From positions 409,516 through 473,515 of the forward strand of contig JADKKK010000003.1 of the NCBI GenBank assembly GCA_016720545.1: a stretch of 64,000 nucleotides of DNA. Direction: 5' to 3'. The translations under genes were made by a program, and so were the position numbers. Under the pieces are notes generated by a model. It was not told the DNA's origin. It saw only the letters and a list, made by a program, of their open reading frames with translations, and searched no databases. Source of the DNA: Myxococcales bacterium (GTDB taxonomy: Bacteria; Myxococcota_A; Polyangia; Polyangiales; Polyangiaceae). Positions within the stretch are counted from its first letter, which is position 1. Each line of letters opens with the position of its first letter. Below are positions 48,668 through 58,323 of this stretch, one piece after another.

Positions 48668-49834
48668 TCAGAACGAGTAGGAGAGCCCCGCGCCCAGGGT
48701 GGGGCCGCCACGGTTGAACGTGCGCGCCTGGTACCCGCCCCGCCCGACGAGCCCGAACCCTTTGCCTAGATCGACGCGCGCCTCGCCCAGTAGTCGGACG
48801 CCCGCGCTCTCGGCGTGAGGCATGCCGGTCACTTCCACGATCGGCGACACCATCAAGCGGCGATTCGCGACGAGGTCGAGGCGAGTGTATCCCCTCACGC
48901 CGAACACCTGGATGCCCTCGGCCCCGAACACGATCTTGGTCCCGTAAGGGTCCCCAACGAGGACGGCGCCCCCGCCGCCCACCGAGAATCCCACCTCAGT
49001 CACGCTGGTGAGGAGCTCCGCTTCGACGTGCAGCCAGTCGGTCGCCCGCAGGCGGACGCGCGGCGCGCCGTAGTTGAGTCCAACTTGGTATTTGGAGGGG
49101 TCGGTCTCCCCCTCCACCACGGACTCGCCACGAACGGCGCCGGCGCGGATACCGAACTCCGAGACGACCCCGAGGAGCCGGTAGGTGTACGCCCCCTCGA
49201 AGCGGTAGAAGTGGTCCGGAGTGTCGAACGTGCGCACCGGGGCGCCGCGGGTCCGCAGGGTGGTCGTCTGGTCGCCGAAGCTCGCGTACTCCGCTGACGT
49301 CTCGACGACCGAGCGGCGCCCGCCGAGGCGCGCGAGGGTGGCCGCCGACGCGCGGTCGTCCACGTCGTCGAGCACTGTAACGGGGTGCGGGAGCGCGCGG
49401 GTCGCGAACGCCGGTAGACGCTCGCCCGCCGTGGTCTCGAGCTCGATCGCATACGTGAGCGAGCCCCGCACGGCCGCGGCGGGGATCACCGCTGCGTACG
49501 AGCTCGAGCCCCTCGCGAGCTCGACCTCCCCGTGGGTGCCTCCGCCCCGGTAGACGAGCACGGCGCGCTTGACCAGGTCGGGGCGCTCGAGCGTCGCCTC
49601 GATCGTGATGTCGCGTGCCTCGCTGGCGGTGAGGCACGGCGAGTGGTGCACCGCGGGGCGAGCGGCGCTGGCAGCGGCGGCGGGCGGCTCGGCGCTGGGG
49701 CCAGCGGCGCTCGTCGACGGCGCGCCCGCGACGGGCGCGGACTCGGGCTCGGCGTTCGCCACGGCGGGAGAGGAGAGCGCGAGGGCGCAGGCGAGGCCAG
49801 TCACACCGCGCTTCAACTGCTTTTCGTTTACCAT
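48668..49834 (-). CDS. hypothetical outer-membrane beta-barrel protein
   Basis: Signal peptide, alternating amphipathic strands, and a C-terminal ...GLSYSF. Confidence 0.5.
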   Translation of the reverse strand: MVNEKQLKRGVTGLACALALSSPAVANAEPESAPVAGAPSTSAAGPSAEPPAAAASAARPAVHHSPCLTASEARDITIEATLERPDLVKRAVLVYRGGGTHGEVELARGSSSYAAVIPAAAVRGSLTYAIELETTAGERLPAFATRALPHPVTVLDDVDDRASAATLARLGGRRSVVETSAEYASFGDQTTTLRTRGAPVRTFDTPDHFYRFEGAYTYRLLGVVSEFGIRAGAVRGESVVEGETDPSKYQVGLNYGAPRVRLRATDWLHVEAELLTSVTEVGFSVGGGGAVLVGDPYGTKIVFGAEGIQVFGVRGYTRLDLVANRRLMVSPIVEVTGMPHAESAGVRLLGEARVDLGKGFGLVGRGGYQARTFNRGGPTLGAGLSYSF

Positions 49835-51510
49835 TGGTAGCTCGCGGCGAGTCCGGCGCCAGGGCCGGCGTGGTTGATTGTTCTGCCTTGGTACGAGAAA
49901 CGCGCCGAAACCGTGAGATCGCGCACGAACTGATACCCAACTTGCCCAATCACGCGAGCGCCCACGTCACTCGAGCTCGACGGCTGAGTGGTGACCTCGG
50001 TGCGCAGGAGGATGGGCACGCGTGGGATGGTTCGCCACTCGAGCTGCACGATCCCTCGCTGACCGACGGTGCCGAGAATTTCGCCGCCGAGCGACAGGTT
50101 CGTGTGGAGATCGTGGCCTATCCGGAGGAAGCCCTGCGCGCCGCCGGTGACGCCGCCGTCGCGGAGCCCGATGACGGGGCGGAGCACGAAGGCGAGGTTT
50201 GGCGCCGGCGCGAGCTCCGTCTCGACGTATCCGTAGGTGAGGCCCACGCTGGTGGGTTCGAGGCCGAGCTCGTCGAGGTCGCGCAGGCTCCCGCCCTTGC
50301 CGCGGAGCACGCCGAAGCCGGAGCGCACGGCGCGGATGCCGACGTCTTGGAGGCGCCACCCGACCGAGCCCTCCGTCTGGAACACGTAGTCGTTCGCCTT
50401 CTTCACGTTGAACGACGCGATCTCGCTCTGCAGCGTGACCTGGGCGAGCTGCCCTGGCTCACGCACGCGGGTGGGGAGCGTCTCCACCTCGGCCCCACGC
50501 GGCGACTCGGCCGAGCCCACGAGCGCGACGGCGACGCCGGTGGGGAGCACCCCCTCGACGAAGTACTCGAGGCCCGGCTCGGCGAGCGCGTCGCCCGGGA
50601 GCGCCGCCGACCAGTACCGCGCGCCCACGGAGCCCATGGGGATAGAGCGGTATGTGGGCGTCCCCTTGCGGCGCGCGTGGAGCACGGCGCCCACGAAGCG
50701 AGCGTCGATCTCCAGGGTGTAGCGCTGGGCGACCCCCACACGTGCACGTCGGAGGCCCCCCTCGGCCACGGCGTAGACCGGCGCGGGGGGCTCTTGGGCG
50801 GCCATCAGGGCCCGCGCCTCCTCGACGAGCACCCGTGCATAGGGGCTCGCTCCATTCGCCGCGGCGAACTTGCCGTAGGCGATCGCGCGCTCGCCAGGGG
50901 CGCGCCCTTCGAGGCTCTTCAGCAGGGCCGTGACGGCCTCCGCGTCCGGGTCGCTGGGGCGCGCTTCGACGGCGGGGGCCGCGGGCGACGCGGGGTCGGT
51001 CGGCGCGGGCGCGGCGCTCGCGGCGGGCGCGGAGGGCGCGACCACCGGGGCCTGCGCGAGGTGCGCGCCGGGTACGAGCACCTCGTCGCCGGTGGCGGGC
51101 GCCCGGGTGGCGGTGCCCTCCAGCGTGGCCAGCGACAGCGTGCCCCGCACCTGCACGAGCCGCAGCGCGCCGATACGGAAGCGCTCGTTCAGCGGCTTCC
51201 CGGACACAGGGTGCTTGAGCCGGAGCGGGCGCCAGAGCTCGACGATGTCGCCATCGCGCGCGCCCTTCCGCGCGCCGAAGTCGATCACGAGCTCGCCCGC
51301 GTCGATGGCGACGATCGTACCGGCGGGCTCGACGGGCGCGGGCGCGGCAGCAGCGTGCGCGGCAGCGGCAGGCGCGGCGGCACCCCGGGGCGGGGGGTGC
51401 CCCGGCTGGGCGACAGCGCGCCCGGCGCTCGTGAGCGACGTCGCGACGAGCGCGGCGAGCGCGGTCACGATCGGCGCGGAGAGCCGGGGGTGTGGTGGGC
51501 AGCGGACCAT
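49828..51510 (-). CDS. hypothetical outer-membrane beta-barrel protein
   Basis: Signal peptide MVRCPPHPRLSAPIVTALAALVATSLTSAGRAVA and a C-terminal ...LAASYQW. Overlaps the downstream OMP gene by 7 nt. Confidence 0.5.
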   Translation of the reverse strand: MVRCPPHPRLSAPIVTALAALVATSLTSAGRAVAQPGHPPPRGAAAPAAAAHAAAAPAPVEPAGTIVAIDAGELVIDFGARKGARDGDIVELWRPLRLKHPVSGKPLNERFRIGALRLVQVRGTLSLATLEGTATRAPATGDEVLVPGAHLAQAPVVAPSAPAASAAPAPTDPASPAAPAVEARPSDPDAEAVTALLKSLEGRAPGERAIAYGKFAAANGASPYARVLVEEARALMAAQEPPAPVYAVAEGGLRRARVGVAQRYTLEIDARFVGAVLHARRKGTPTYRSIPMGSVGARYWSAALPGDALAEPGLEYFVEGVLPTGVAVALVGSAESPRGAEVETLPTRVREPGQLAQVTLQSEIASFNVKKANDYVFQTEGSVGWRLQDVGIRAVRSGFGVLRGKGGSLRDLDELGLEPTSVGLTYGYVETELAPAPNLAFVLRPVIGLRDGGVTGGAQGFLRIGHDLHTNLSLGGEILGTVGQRGIVQLEWRTIPRVPILLRTEVTTQPSSSSDVGARVIGQVGYQFVRDLTVSARFSYQGRTINHAGPGAGLAASYQW

Positions 51511-51966
51511 ATTACTCCTTGAATGGTTGAACCACTCGAGCAATAAGCAGGTGGCATGCCAACCCCCCAAATGGCCGACGCGCGCGCTTTCCGCGCCGCG
51601 ACGCGCACCTCCCGGTCCACGGCGTGGACGGATGTGGACGGGCGGTCACACACGGACCGAGCCCGCGGGCTCGCGGCGCCGCGGGTCCCGGCTGGACCGC
51701 GGTTCAGCACCCCTCCGCGGCGGCCGCGCGAGCGCTCGCCGATCCCGCGCTCTGCTCGCTCCGGCGCGACTTCGCGCGCGAGCTCGAGCGCTTCCTGGGC
51801 GCGTTGGCGCGAGACGCGGTGCGGCCGCGCGCGTGAGGCGGCGTCCGTCCGCGCGTGGGGCCGACTCGGCGCCCTCGGTCGCGCGCGCGGCCAGTTTTTC
51901 GACCCGCGCGGGGAATATGGTACGCCTACGGTGCTCGCGCCGCCTCGCGCACGGGAGAAACGAAGC

Positions 51967-52968
51967 ATGATCCACGCTCGCCTCGCTACGCTCGCCTCGC
52001 TCGCCTCGCTCGCCTCGCTCGCCTCGCTGCTCGCCACCGCGAGCGTCGGCTGCTCCAGCGGAGCGACGGCCGTGCCCACCGAGGCCGGCGTCGACGGCGG
52101 CGCGATCGACGGCGCTCCTGGCCCCGGCCCGGGCCCGGGCCCCACCGACAAAATCTCGGCCGCTTCGGGCGGCACGATCCGCCTCGAGGGCGCGACCCTC
52201 GCGATCCCGGCCGGCGCACTGTCGGCCGACACGGCCATCACCGCGAAGGTGAACGCGGCGACGAGCTATCCTGGCGGCGACTCGCTCCGCGGCAAGGGGT
52301 ACGACTTCGGCCCGTCGGGGCTCACGTTCGCGAAGCCGGCCACGCTCAGCGTCGACGTGCCGCCCGGGGTCGACGGCGCGACGCTCGTGTTGGCGAATCT
52401 CGACGAGAAGACCCGCACGTGGGTGCCGCTCGCCGACTCGAAGCTCAGCGGGACGGCCGTCTCGGCCAGCCTCGCGCACTTCTCGAGCTACGCGCTCTTC
52501 GTGCGGCTCGGCAACGCGAACCTGACGGTCGACTTCTCGGCGTGCGCGACCCCAACCTCCAGCAAGGAAGGCTGGTACGCCGACACCTGCGGCGCCGACG
52601 CCGTGAAGGGCTCCATGGTCGGGCTGAAGCTCGCCGGCGCTGCCGGTGGCCCCTCGGCGGGGAAGAACTGCACGGTGACCTATTCGTTTGGCAAGCTCAC
52701 GATCGCGACGGATCTCCCGGCGCCCGGCGGCGGCACCGTCACGTTCGTGACCCACCTCGACGGCGAGCGCGACGACAACGTCATCGCGCAGGGCGACAGG
52801 AGCGGGTCGCCGATTCGCTTCGTTCAGATGCGCGAGGTGCTCCCGGGCGTGCCCGAGAAGGTCATTCGCGCGTCGTTCTGGCTCAACGAAGACCGCGGCC
52901 TCAACTACGTCAGCGCCTCGAGCGCCGACGGATCCATCGCGTGCGGGGCGGATCCCCGCGCGTCCTGA
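51967..52968 (+). CDS. hypothetical lipoprotein with (LAS)n repeat signal region
   Basis: MIHARLATLASLASLASLASLLATASVGCSS lipobox. The 9-bp tandem repeat gctcgcctc x5 (approx. 51984-52029) encodes the LAS repeat. Confidence 0.55.
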   Translation: MIHARLATLASLASLASLASLLATASVGCSSGATAVPTEAGVDGGAIDGAPGPGPGPGPTDKISAASGGTIRLEGATLAIPAGALSADTAITAKVNAATSYPGGDSLRGKGYDFGPSGLTFAKPATLSVDVPPGVDGATLVLANLDEKTRTWVPLADSKLSGTAVSASLAHFSSYALFVRLGNANLTVDFSACATPTSSKEGWYADTCGADAVKGSMVGLKLAGAAGGPSAGKNCTVTYSFGKLTIATDLPAPGGGTVTFVTHLDGERDDNVIAQGDRSGSPIRFVQMREVLPGVPEKVIRASFWLNEDRGLNYVSASSADGSIACGADPRAS

Positions 52969-53029
52969 GATCCACGAGCGTCCGTGAGGCAGGCTGCGCG
53001 ACCTCGGCAAGCGGCCGTGACGGGCGCCC

Positions 53030-53425
53030 TCAGAGCAGCGCGGTGCGATCGAAGTAGACCTCGGTGCGCGCGATCTTGTCGCCGCGCAGGCCGAGCAGGG
53101 CCATCCCGTGAAGGCGCTTCTTGTCGCCCCCCGCGATGGGCGTGAAGTCGGCGAGCCAGAGGAACGCGCCCCCCTCCCCCTCCTCGAAGGCGTGCACTTC
53201 CTTCACGCGCCAGTCCATGCGCCACGTCGCGAAGAGCCTCACGAGGTAGGCGCGGACGCCCGCGTGGCCCTCCATCGCGCCGCGGGTGTTGGGGTCTCGG
53301 TACTGGCAGTCTTCGACGTAGCACGCGAGGACCGCCTCCACGTCGTGGCGGTTCCACGCCGCGAGCACCCGCTCAGCGTGCTCCGCCACGCTCGGCAAGT
53401 GGGCAGTCTCCGCGGGCGCGCTCAT
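53030..53425 (-). CDS. SnoaL-like / NTF2-fold protein
   Basis: ~130 aa with ...AWNRHDVEAVLACYVEDCQYRDP... typical of SnoaL-like polyketide-cyclase-fold proteins. Start is the internal ATG (MSAPAET). Confidence 0.55.
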   Translation of the reverse strand: MSAPAETAHLPSVAEHAERVLAAWNRHDVEAVLACYVEDCQYRDPNTRGAMEGHAGVRAYLVRLFATWRMDWRVKEVHAFEEGEGGAFLWLADFTPIAGGDKKRLHGMALLGLRGDKIARTEVYFDRTALL

Positions 53426-53563
53426 GAGGAATCGCTTTCCGTCGGCCTCTAGTACGGCCGGCGAGGGTCGCGGCGAAGCGCCGCTCCGCAAGACTCGCAC
53501 CGCGGCGGCCGGCGCGCAGCCGAGAAGCGCCGGCGTCGCGCGTTCTCGTCGCGCGGGTGGTGC

Positions 53564-54679
53564 TCACGCGGCCTCGGGGGCGCCCAGGAGGAGCGGATGC
53601 GCGCCCGCCACCGGCCCTTCCGGGAGGCCTCGGCCCGCGAGGAGCTCGAGGGCCAGCCGCTCGTAGAAGGAGGGCGCGTCGAAGCGGCCCCAGCCGACGG
53701 CGCTCCAGTGGTCGGCGTCCAGGTGGCCGAGCACCCGGCCGCGACGCTGCGACGCCAGCGGCACGACGCCGTCGTTGTCGCCCGCCGAGCGACGCAGCCA
53801 GCGGTACGTGGGTAGGAGCCACGGCCCCACGCCGCGCGCGCCGCGGCCGGGAGAGACCGCGATGCTGGCGTATTGCACAGTGCACACATCGGGGGTCTCG
53901 GCCTCGAACACGCGCATTCGCTCGGTGGTGAGGTCGAGCACCGAGCCGAGGCTCGCGGAGAGCACGCGGGAGCCGCGCACGAGCCGAGCGCCCGCGTCCG
54001 CGAGGGGGGTGCCCCGGTGCGGGGTGGCGATCGTCACGAGCGAGGCTACCTGCGCGTCGAGGCCGAGGTGCGTCACTGCGAAGCGCGCGTCGAGGCCGCC
54101 CATGCTGTGCGCGACGAGGTGGGTGCGGCCCGAGCCAAGCGCCCGGACGGCGGCCGTCAGCTCCGCGGCGCGGATCCCGATCGAGGCGAACGGCGAGACC
54201 CGGATGAACGCCGCCGCGACGCCGCGCGCGCGGAGGCGCTCCGCGACGCCCCGGAAGTACGCGGACGACACGGGACCGACCCCGACCTCGTCGAAGCCCG
54301 CGAAGCCGTGGAGGAACACGACGCGGTCCGGCTCCGCGCCGACGCGGGCGACGCGGGCGACGCCACCCACGCGAGCGGCGCGAGGCGCCGGCCACGCACG
54401 CCAGTGCGCGGCGTCCGGCGCGGCTTCGGCAGGCTCCACCGGCGGGGAGGCCCGCGGCGCGGGCGAGGCCTCCGGCTCGGGCGCGGCTTCGACCGAGGCC
54501 TCGAGCCGGCCGCGGTGCGGCTCAAGCTCCTTCTCGCGGGGTGGGTGTGCGGGCCGCCCTGCGAGCCAGACGACGAGACCTTGGACCGCCAGCGCGAGTA
54601 GCACGGCGACGAGCACGGATGCGATGGCCACGGGGCACCTCCAGCCCCTGGACAGTAGCACCGCAACGCGACGCGTCAA
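53564..54679 (-). CDS. membrane-anchored alpha/beta-hydrolase (lipase/esterase)
   Basis: N-terminal TM helix and an AHSMGG nucleophile elbow. Confidence 0.7.
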   Translation of the reverse strand: MTRRVAVLLSRGWRCPVAIASVLVAVLLALAVQGLVVWLAGRPAHPPREKELEPHRGRLEASVEAAPEPEASPAPRASPPVEPAEAAPDAAHWRAWPAPRAARVGGVARVARVGAEPDRVVFLHGFAGFDEVGVGPVSSAYFRGVAERLRARGVAAAFIRVSPFASIGIRAAELTAAVRALGSGRTHLVAHSMGGLDARFAVTHLGLDAQVASLVTIATPHRGTPLADAGARLVRGSRVLSASLGSVLDLTTERMRVFEAETPDVCTVQYASIAVSPGRGARGVGPWLLPTYRWLRRSAGDNDGVVPLASQRRGRVLGHLDADHWSAVGWGRFDAPSFYERLALELLAGRGLPEGPVAGAHPLLLGAPEAA

Positions 54680-54752
54680 CGCAACGCGTTATTTCATTGC
54701 GCGGAGCGGCGTGCCGCGCGGCAGCACGCCCGTGCGTGGCCTGCGCGCGCGC

Positions 54753-55433
54753 TCAGGACGGCAGCACGCCGCGAAGGGGCCGCGGCTCGGACAAGGAAGC
54801 GTCGACGCCGAGCTCGCGCCTCACGTCGGCGAGCGGCGCCTCGAAGCGCTCGCGCCACGGGTACCCAAAGAGCAGCCTCGCGCGCTGGCCCAGCTCCCAC
54901 CCGCGGGCGACCGCGTCGAAGCGCTCCTTGGTCTTCTGGCTCGATCGCTCGATCGCGGCGTTCAGCAGCAGCGCCGACACGAGCGCGGCCGGCAACATGC
55001 CTGGCAGCTGCGCGGCGTACACCGCCTGGAGGCCCGCCTCGCCCGCGGGATCGGGCGCGAACCCCGTGACCACGTGCCACAGGTCGTGGGTCTCGTAGAG
55101 GTGCGCGCGCATGTAGTCGGGGCCGACGTCGTCGACCACGCTCGGGATGGCGTCCGGGCGCAGGTGGTGGCGGCGCATGAAGTCGCCGTAGGCGCGGCCG
55201 AGCGAGCCCTCGGGGCAGCCGGCGAGCAGCGCCTCGGTGACCACGCCGAGACGAGGGCGACGCTCGACCGCGACCTTCGCCTCGGGCTCGCGGGCGAGGC
55301 GCTCGTAAATGGCGCGGGTCATCACGGGATCGTTCGCCGAGTCTCTCATCTGGAAGACCCGATCGAGCTGGCTCGGATCGCGGGCGAGCCGGAAGAAGTG
55401 ATAGAGCGGCTTGGCGAGGCGTAGGAGCTGCAT
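54753..55433 (-). CDS. Coq4-family (ubiquinone biosynthesis COQ4-like) protein
   Basis: HDLWHVVTGF motif (HDxxH-x11-E type). Start ATG 55433 (MQLLRLAKPLYHFFRL) has a GAGG RBS. Confidence 0.65.
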   Translation of the reverse strand: MQLLRLAKPLYHFFRLARDPSQLDRVFQMRDSANDPVMTRAIYERLAREPEAKVAVERRPRLGVVTEALLAGCPEGSLGRAYGDFMRRHHLRPDAIPSVVDDVGPDYMRAHLYETHDLWHVVTGFAPDPAGEAGLQAVYAAQLPGMLPAALVSALLLNAAIERSSQKTKERFDAVARGWELGQRARLLFGYPWRERFEAPLADVRRELGVDASLSEPRPLRGVLPS

Positions 55434-55621
55434 GAGCCTCAATATGTGAACGTTTGCTCGCATCTGCTACTCGCATCCCTTGGGCTGGAAAAACCGGGGC
55501 GCGACGGCGATCTCGCCCCCGCTGGCTCGTGTTCACGCTCGCGCGGCTGGCCGCCCGAGATCGGCGGGATGAGGTACCGTACGCGGGCGACGCCGCCGCG
55601 TCGGACGCCGCCAAGCCAGGC

Positions 55622-56302
55622 ATGCCCACGAAGCCGAAGACCACGCCCAGCGCGAAGGCGAAGCCGCGGGACGCGACCATCGCCCCACGCAAGGCGCCTC
55701 GGCAAGAGCGCGCCCGCGTGACCGTCGAGGCCCTCCTCGACGCGACCGCGCGCGTGCTCTGCCAGAGCGGCTACGACGGCCTCACGACGAACAAGGTGGC
55801 CGCCGCGGCGGGGGTGAGCGTGGGCTCGCTCTACCAGTATTTTCCAGGGAAAGACGCCCTGGTGATCGCGCTGCTGCTGCGCCACGCCGACCACCAGCAC
55901 GCCGCGTTCCAGCGCGCGCTGCTCGGCGTCGCGGACGCCCCAATCCCGGCCGTGGTCGACGCCGTGCTCGACGTCCTGTCGGCCCAGCAGGACTCCGATC
56001 CCGAGCTCGGGTTCGTGCTCATGAACCAGCTGCCCCGCGTGGGCGAAATGGGCCAGATCATCGCGTACAGCGAGGAGAAGCTGGCCGTCCCGCTCCTCGC
56101 GTTCCTGCGGGCCCGCGCCGCCGACCTCCCCGACCTCGACCTCGCCGCCACGACGTTCCTCCTCACGCACGCGATCCCGCCGCTGCTCCAGCGAATGCGC
56201 CTCACCCGGCCCTCGAAGGAGCGCCGCCGGGCGGTATTCCAGGAGCTCCGCAAGATGCTGGTCGCCTATCTGGCAGGCGCGCCGGGGCGAGCGTCGCGAT
56301 AG
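55622..56302 (+). CDS. TetR/AcrR-family transcriptional regulator
   Basis: HTH region TTNKVAAAAGVSVGSLYQYFPGKDAL. Divergent from the Coq4-like gene. Confidence 0.8.
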   Translation: MPTKPKTTPSAKAKPRDATIAPRKAPRQERARVTVEALLDATARVLCQSGYDGLTTNKVAAAAGVSVGSLYQYFPGKDALVIALLLRHADHQHAAFQRALLGVADAPIPAVVDAVLDVLSAQQDSDPELGFVLMNQLPRVGEMGQIIAYSEEKLAVPLLAFLRARAADLPDLDLAATTFLLTHAIPPLLQRMRLTRPSKERRRAVFQELRKMLVAYLAGAPGRASR

Positions 56303-56724
56303 GCCACGAGCGCGGGGAGCCCGCCGAGAAGTCGAGGGCCCAGGCGTCGCCGGGCCTCCCGTGGTCCTTCCAGAACTTGGTGGGGATCGCGCCGGAAAAG
56401 GCGGTCGTGTCGACCCACCCCACGGGCCGCGTTGGTCGAGGCGCGCTGCACCGTCGGCGCCGGGTGCTTGGAGAGCCACCTCGCGCGCGACGCGGGCGAG
56501 ATCGAGAGGGTAGACCCCCCCGCGATCCTGACGTTCGCGCCGCGCGTCCTCGAGACGCGCCTCGAGGTGGCCCTCGAGGCGCTCGTGCGCGCGCGGCACG
56601 GGCTCGGGCCGTGCGTGGCGTCGAGCGACGGGGCCCCCAGCGCGAAGACGCTCGTAGCGACGGGGCCCGAGGTGAGCGCCGCGGGGCTCTCGTTTCCGCA
56701 GCGGGGCGCCCCGAGACAGTAGTG

Positions 56725-58206
56725 CTAAGTACCGCAGAACGTTCGGTATTCTTCCTGAAACTCCGCTCCCGGCGGCGCGGCGAGGTGCGCGTGCTCGGGC
56801 TGGTCGTCGAACGGGCGCGCGAGCACCGCGTGCAGGGTTTCGAAGGGCTCGAGGTCGCCCTCGCGCGCGGCGAGCAGCGCCTCCTCGACGCGGTGGTTTC
56901 GCGGGATGAACGCCGGGTTCGCGCGGCTCATCGCCTCGGCGCGGGCCTCCGCGGTGCCCGGCTCCTCGGCGAGGCGGCGGCGCCACTCCTCGGCCCACGA
57001 GAGGAACGCGCCGGGCTCGTCGAAGAGCGCCGCGGCCTCCGCGTCGGCGTCGGGAGTGCGCGCCGACTCGCATAGTCGCCGAAAGAGCCGCGTGTGGTCG
57101 ACATGACCCGCGGCCATGCGCTGGAGCAGATCGCGCGCGAGGAGCAGGTCGTCGCCGCCGACCTGCGAGAGCCCGAGCTTCGCTCGCAGGACTTCGCCAT
57201 AGGCGGCCTCGAAGCGCGGCACGTAGCCTTCGAGCGCGCCCTCCGCGAGTCTGACCGCGTCGCGCTCGTCCGCGGCGAGGAGCGGCAGCAGCGCCTCGGC
57301 GAGCCGCGTGAGGTTCCACAGCGCGATGCGGGGCTGGTTGCCGAACGCGTAGCGGCCGCCGCGGTCGATCGAGCTGAAGGTGCGGGAAGGATCGTAGGTG
57401 TCGAGGAACGCGCACGGCCCGTAGTCGATGGTCTCGCCGGCGATCGACGTGTTGTCGGTGTTCATCACGCCGTGGACGAAGCCGACCCCCATCCACCGGG
57501 CCACGAGCCGCGCTTGGGCCTCGATCACCCGCTCGAGGAGGGCGAGCGCCTCACCGCCTGGCTCGGCGCTCGGACGCGCGCCCGGGTAGTGGCGCGCGAG
57601 GGCGTGGCTCGTGAGCGCCCGCAGCGCCTCGGTGTCTTCGCGCGCCGCGAAGTACTCGAACGTCCCGACTCGCAGGTGGCTGGCAGCGACCCGCGCGAGC
57701 ACCGCGCCAGGCAGCGCCTCTTCGCGGTGCACGAGCTCGCCCGTGGCGACGGCGGCGAGCGCGCGCGTGGTGGGGATGCCGAGCGCCGCCATGGCCTCGC
57801 TCACGAGGTACTCGCGGAGCACCGGCCCGAGCGCTGCGCGTCCATCGCCCCCGCGTGAGAACGGCGTGCGGCCTGCGCCCTTCAGCTGGAGGTCATGGCG
57901 TGCTCCGTCGGGCGCGACGAGCTCGCCGAGGAGCACCGCGCGGCCATCCCCGAGCTGCCGCACGAACGAACCGAACTGGTGCCCGGCGTAGGCGAGCGCG
58001 ATCGGCTCGGCGCCCTCCGGCACGGCGCTGCCCGCGAGCATCGCGATCCCTTCGGCCGAAGCGAGCGCGCCCGCGTCGACGCCGAGGCGCTCCGCGAGCG
58101 CGCGGTTCACGCGGAGGAGCGTGGGCGATCGCACGGGCGTGGGCGAGACGCGGGCGTACATGCGCTCGAAGAGCCGGGCGTAGCTGTTGTCGAACGCGAG
58201 CTTCAT
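56725..58206 (-). CDS. selO: protein adenylyltransferase SelO (YdiU/UPF0061)
   Basis: Conserved SelO N-terminus FDNSYARL...YAGHQFG... and the family kinase-like fold. Confidence 0.85.
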   Translation of the reverse strand: MKLAFDNSYARLFERMYARVSPTPVRSPTLLRVNRALAERLGVDAGALASAEGIAMLAGSAVPEGAEPIALAYAGHQFGSFVRQLGDGRAVLLGELVAPDGARHDLQLKGAGRTPFSRGGDGRAALGPVLREYLVSEAMAALGIPTTRALAAVATGELVHREEALPGAVLARVAASHLRVGTFEYFAAREDTEALRALTSHALARHYPGARPSAEPGGEALALLERVIEAQARLVARWMGVGFVHGVMNTDNTSIAGETIDYGPCAFLDTYDPSRTFSSIDRGGRYAFGNQPRIALWNLTRLAEALLPLLAADERDAVRLAEGALEGYVPRFEAAYGEVLRAKLGLSQVGGDDLLLARDLLQRMAAGHVDHTRLFRRLCESARTPDADAEAAALFDEPGAFLSWAEEWRRRLAEEPGTAEARAEAMSRANPAFIPRNHRVEEALLAAREGDLEPFETLHAVLARPFDDQPEHAHLAAPPGAEFQEEYRTFCGT

Positions 58207-58323
58207 CGACGAAGGTCTAGTCGTGCCGGCGCGAGACATCCACCACGAGCTGGGTCCCGCCGCGCGGACGCGAGCAAACCACCTAGCTCATCCATTCGGC
58301 ACGCGTGAGCCGCAGCAGTCGCG

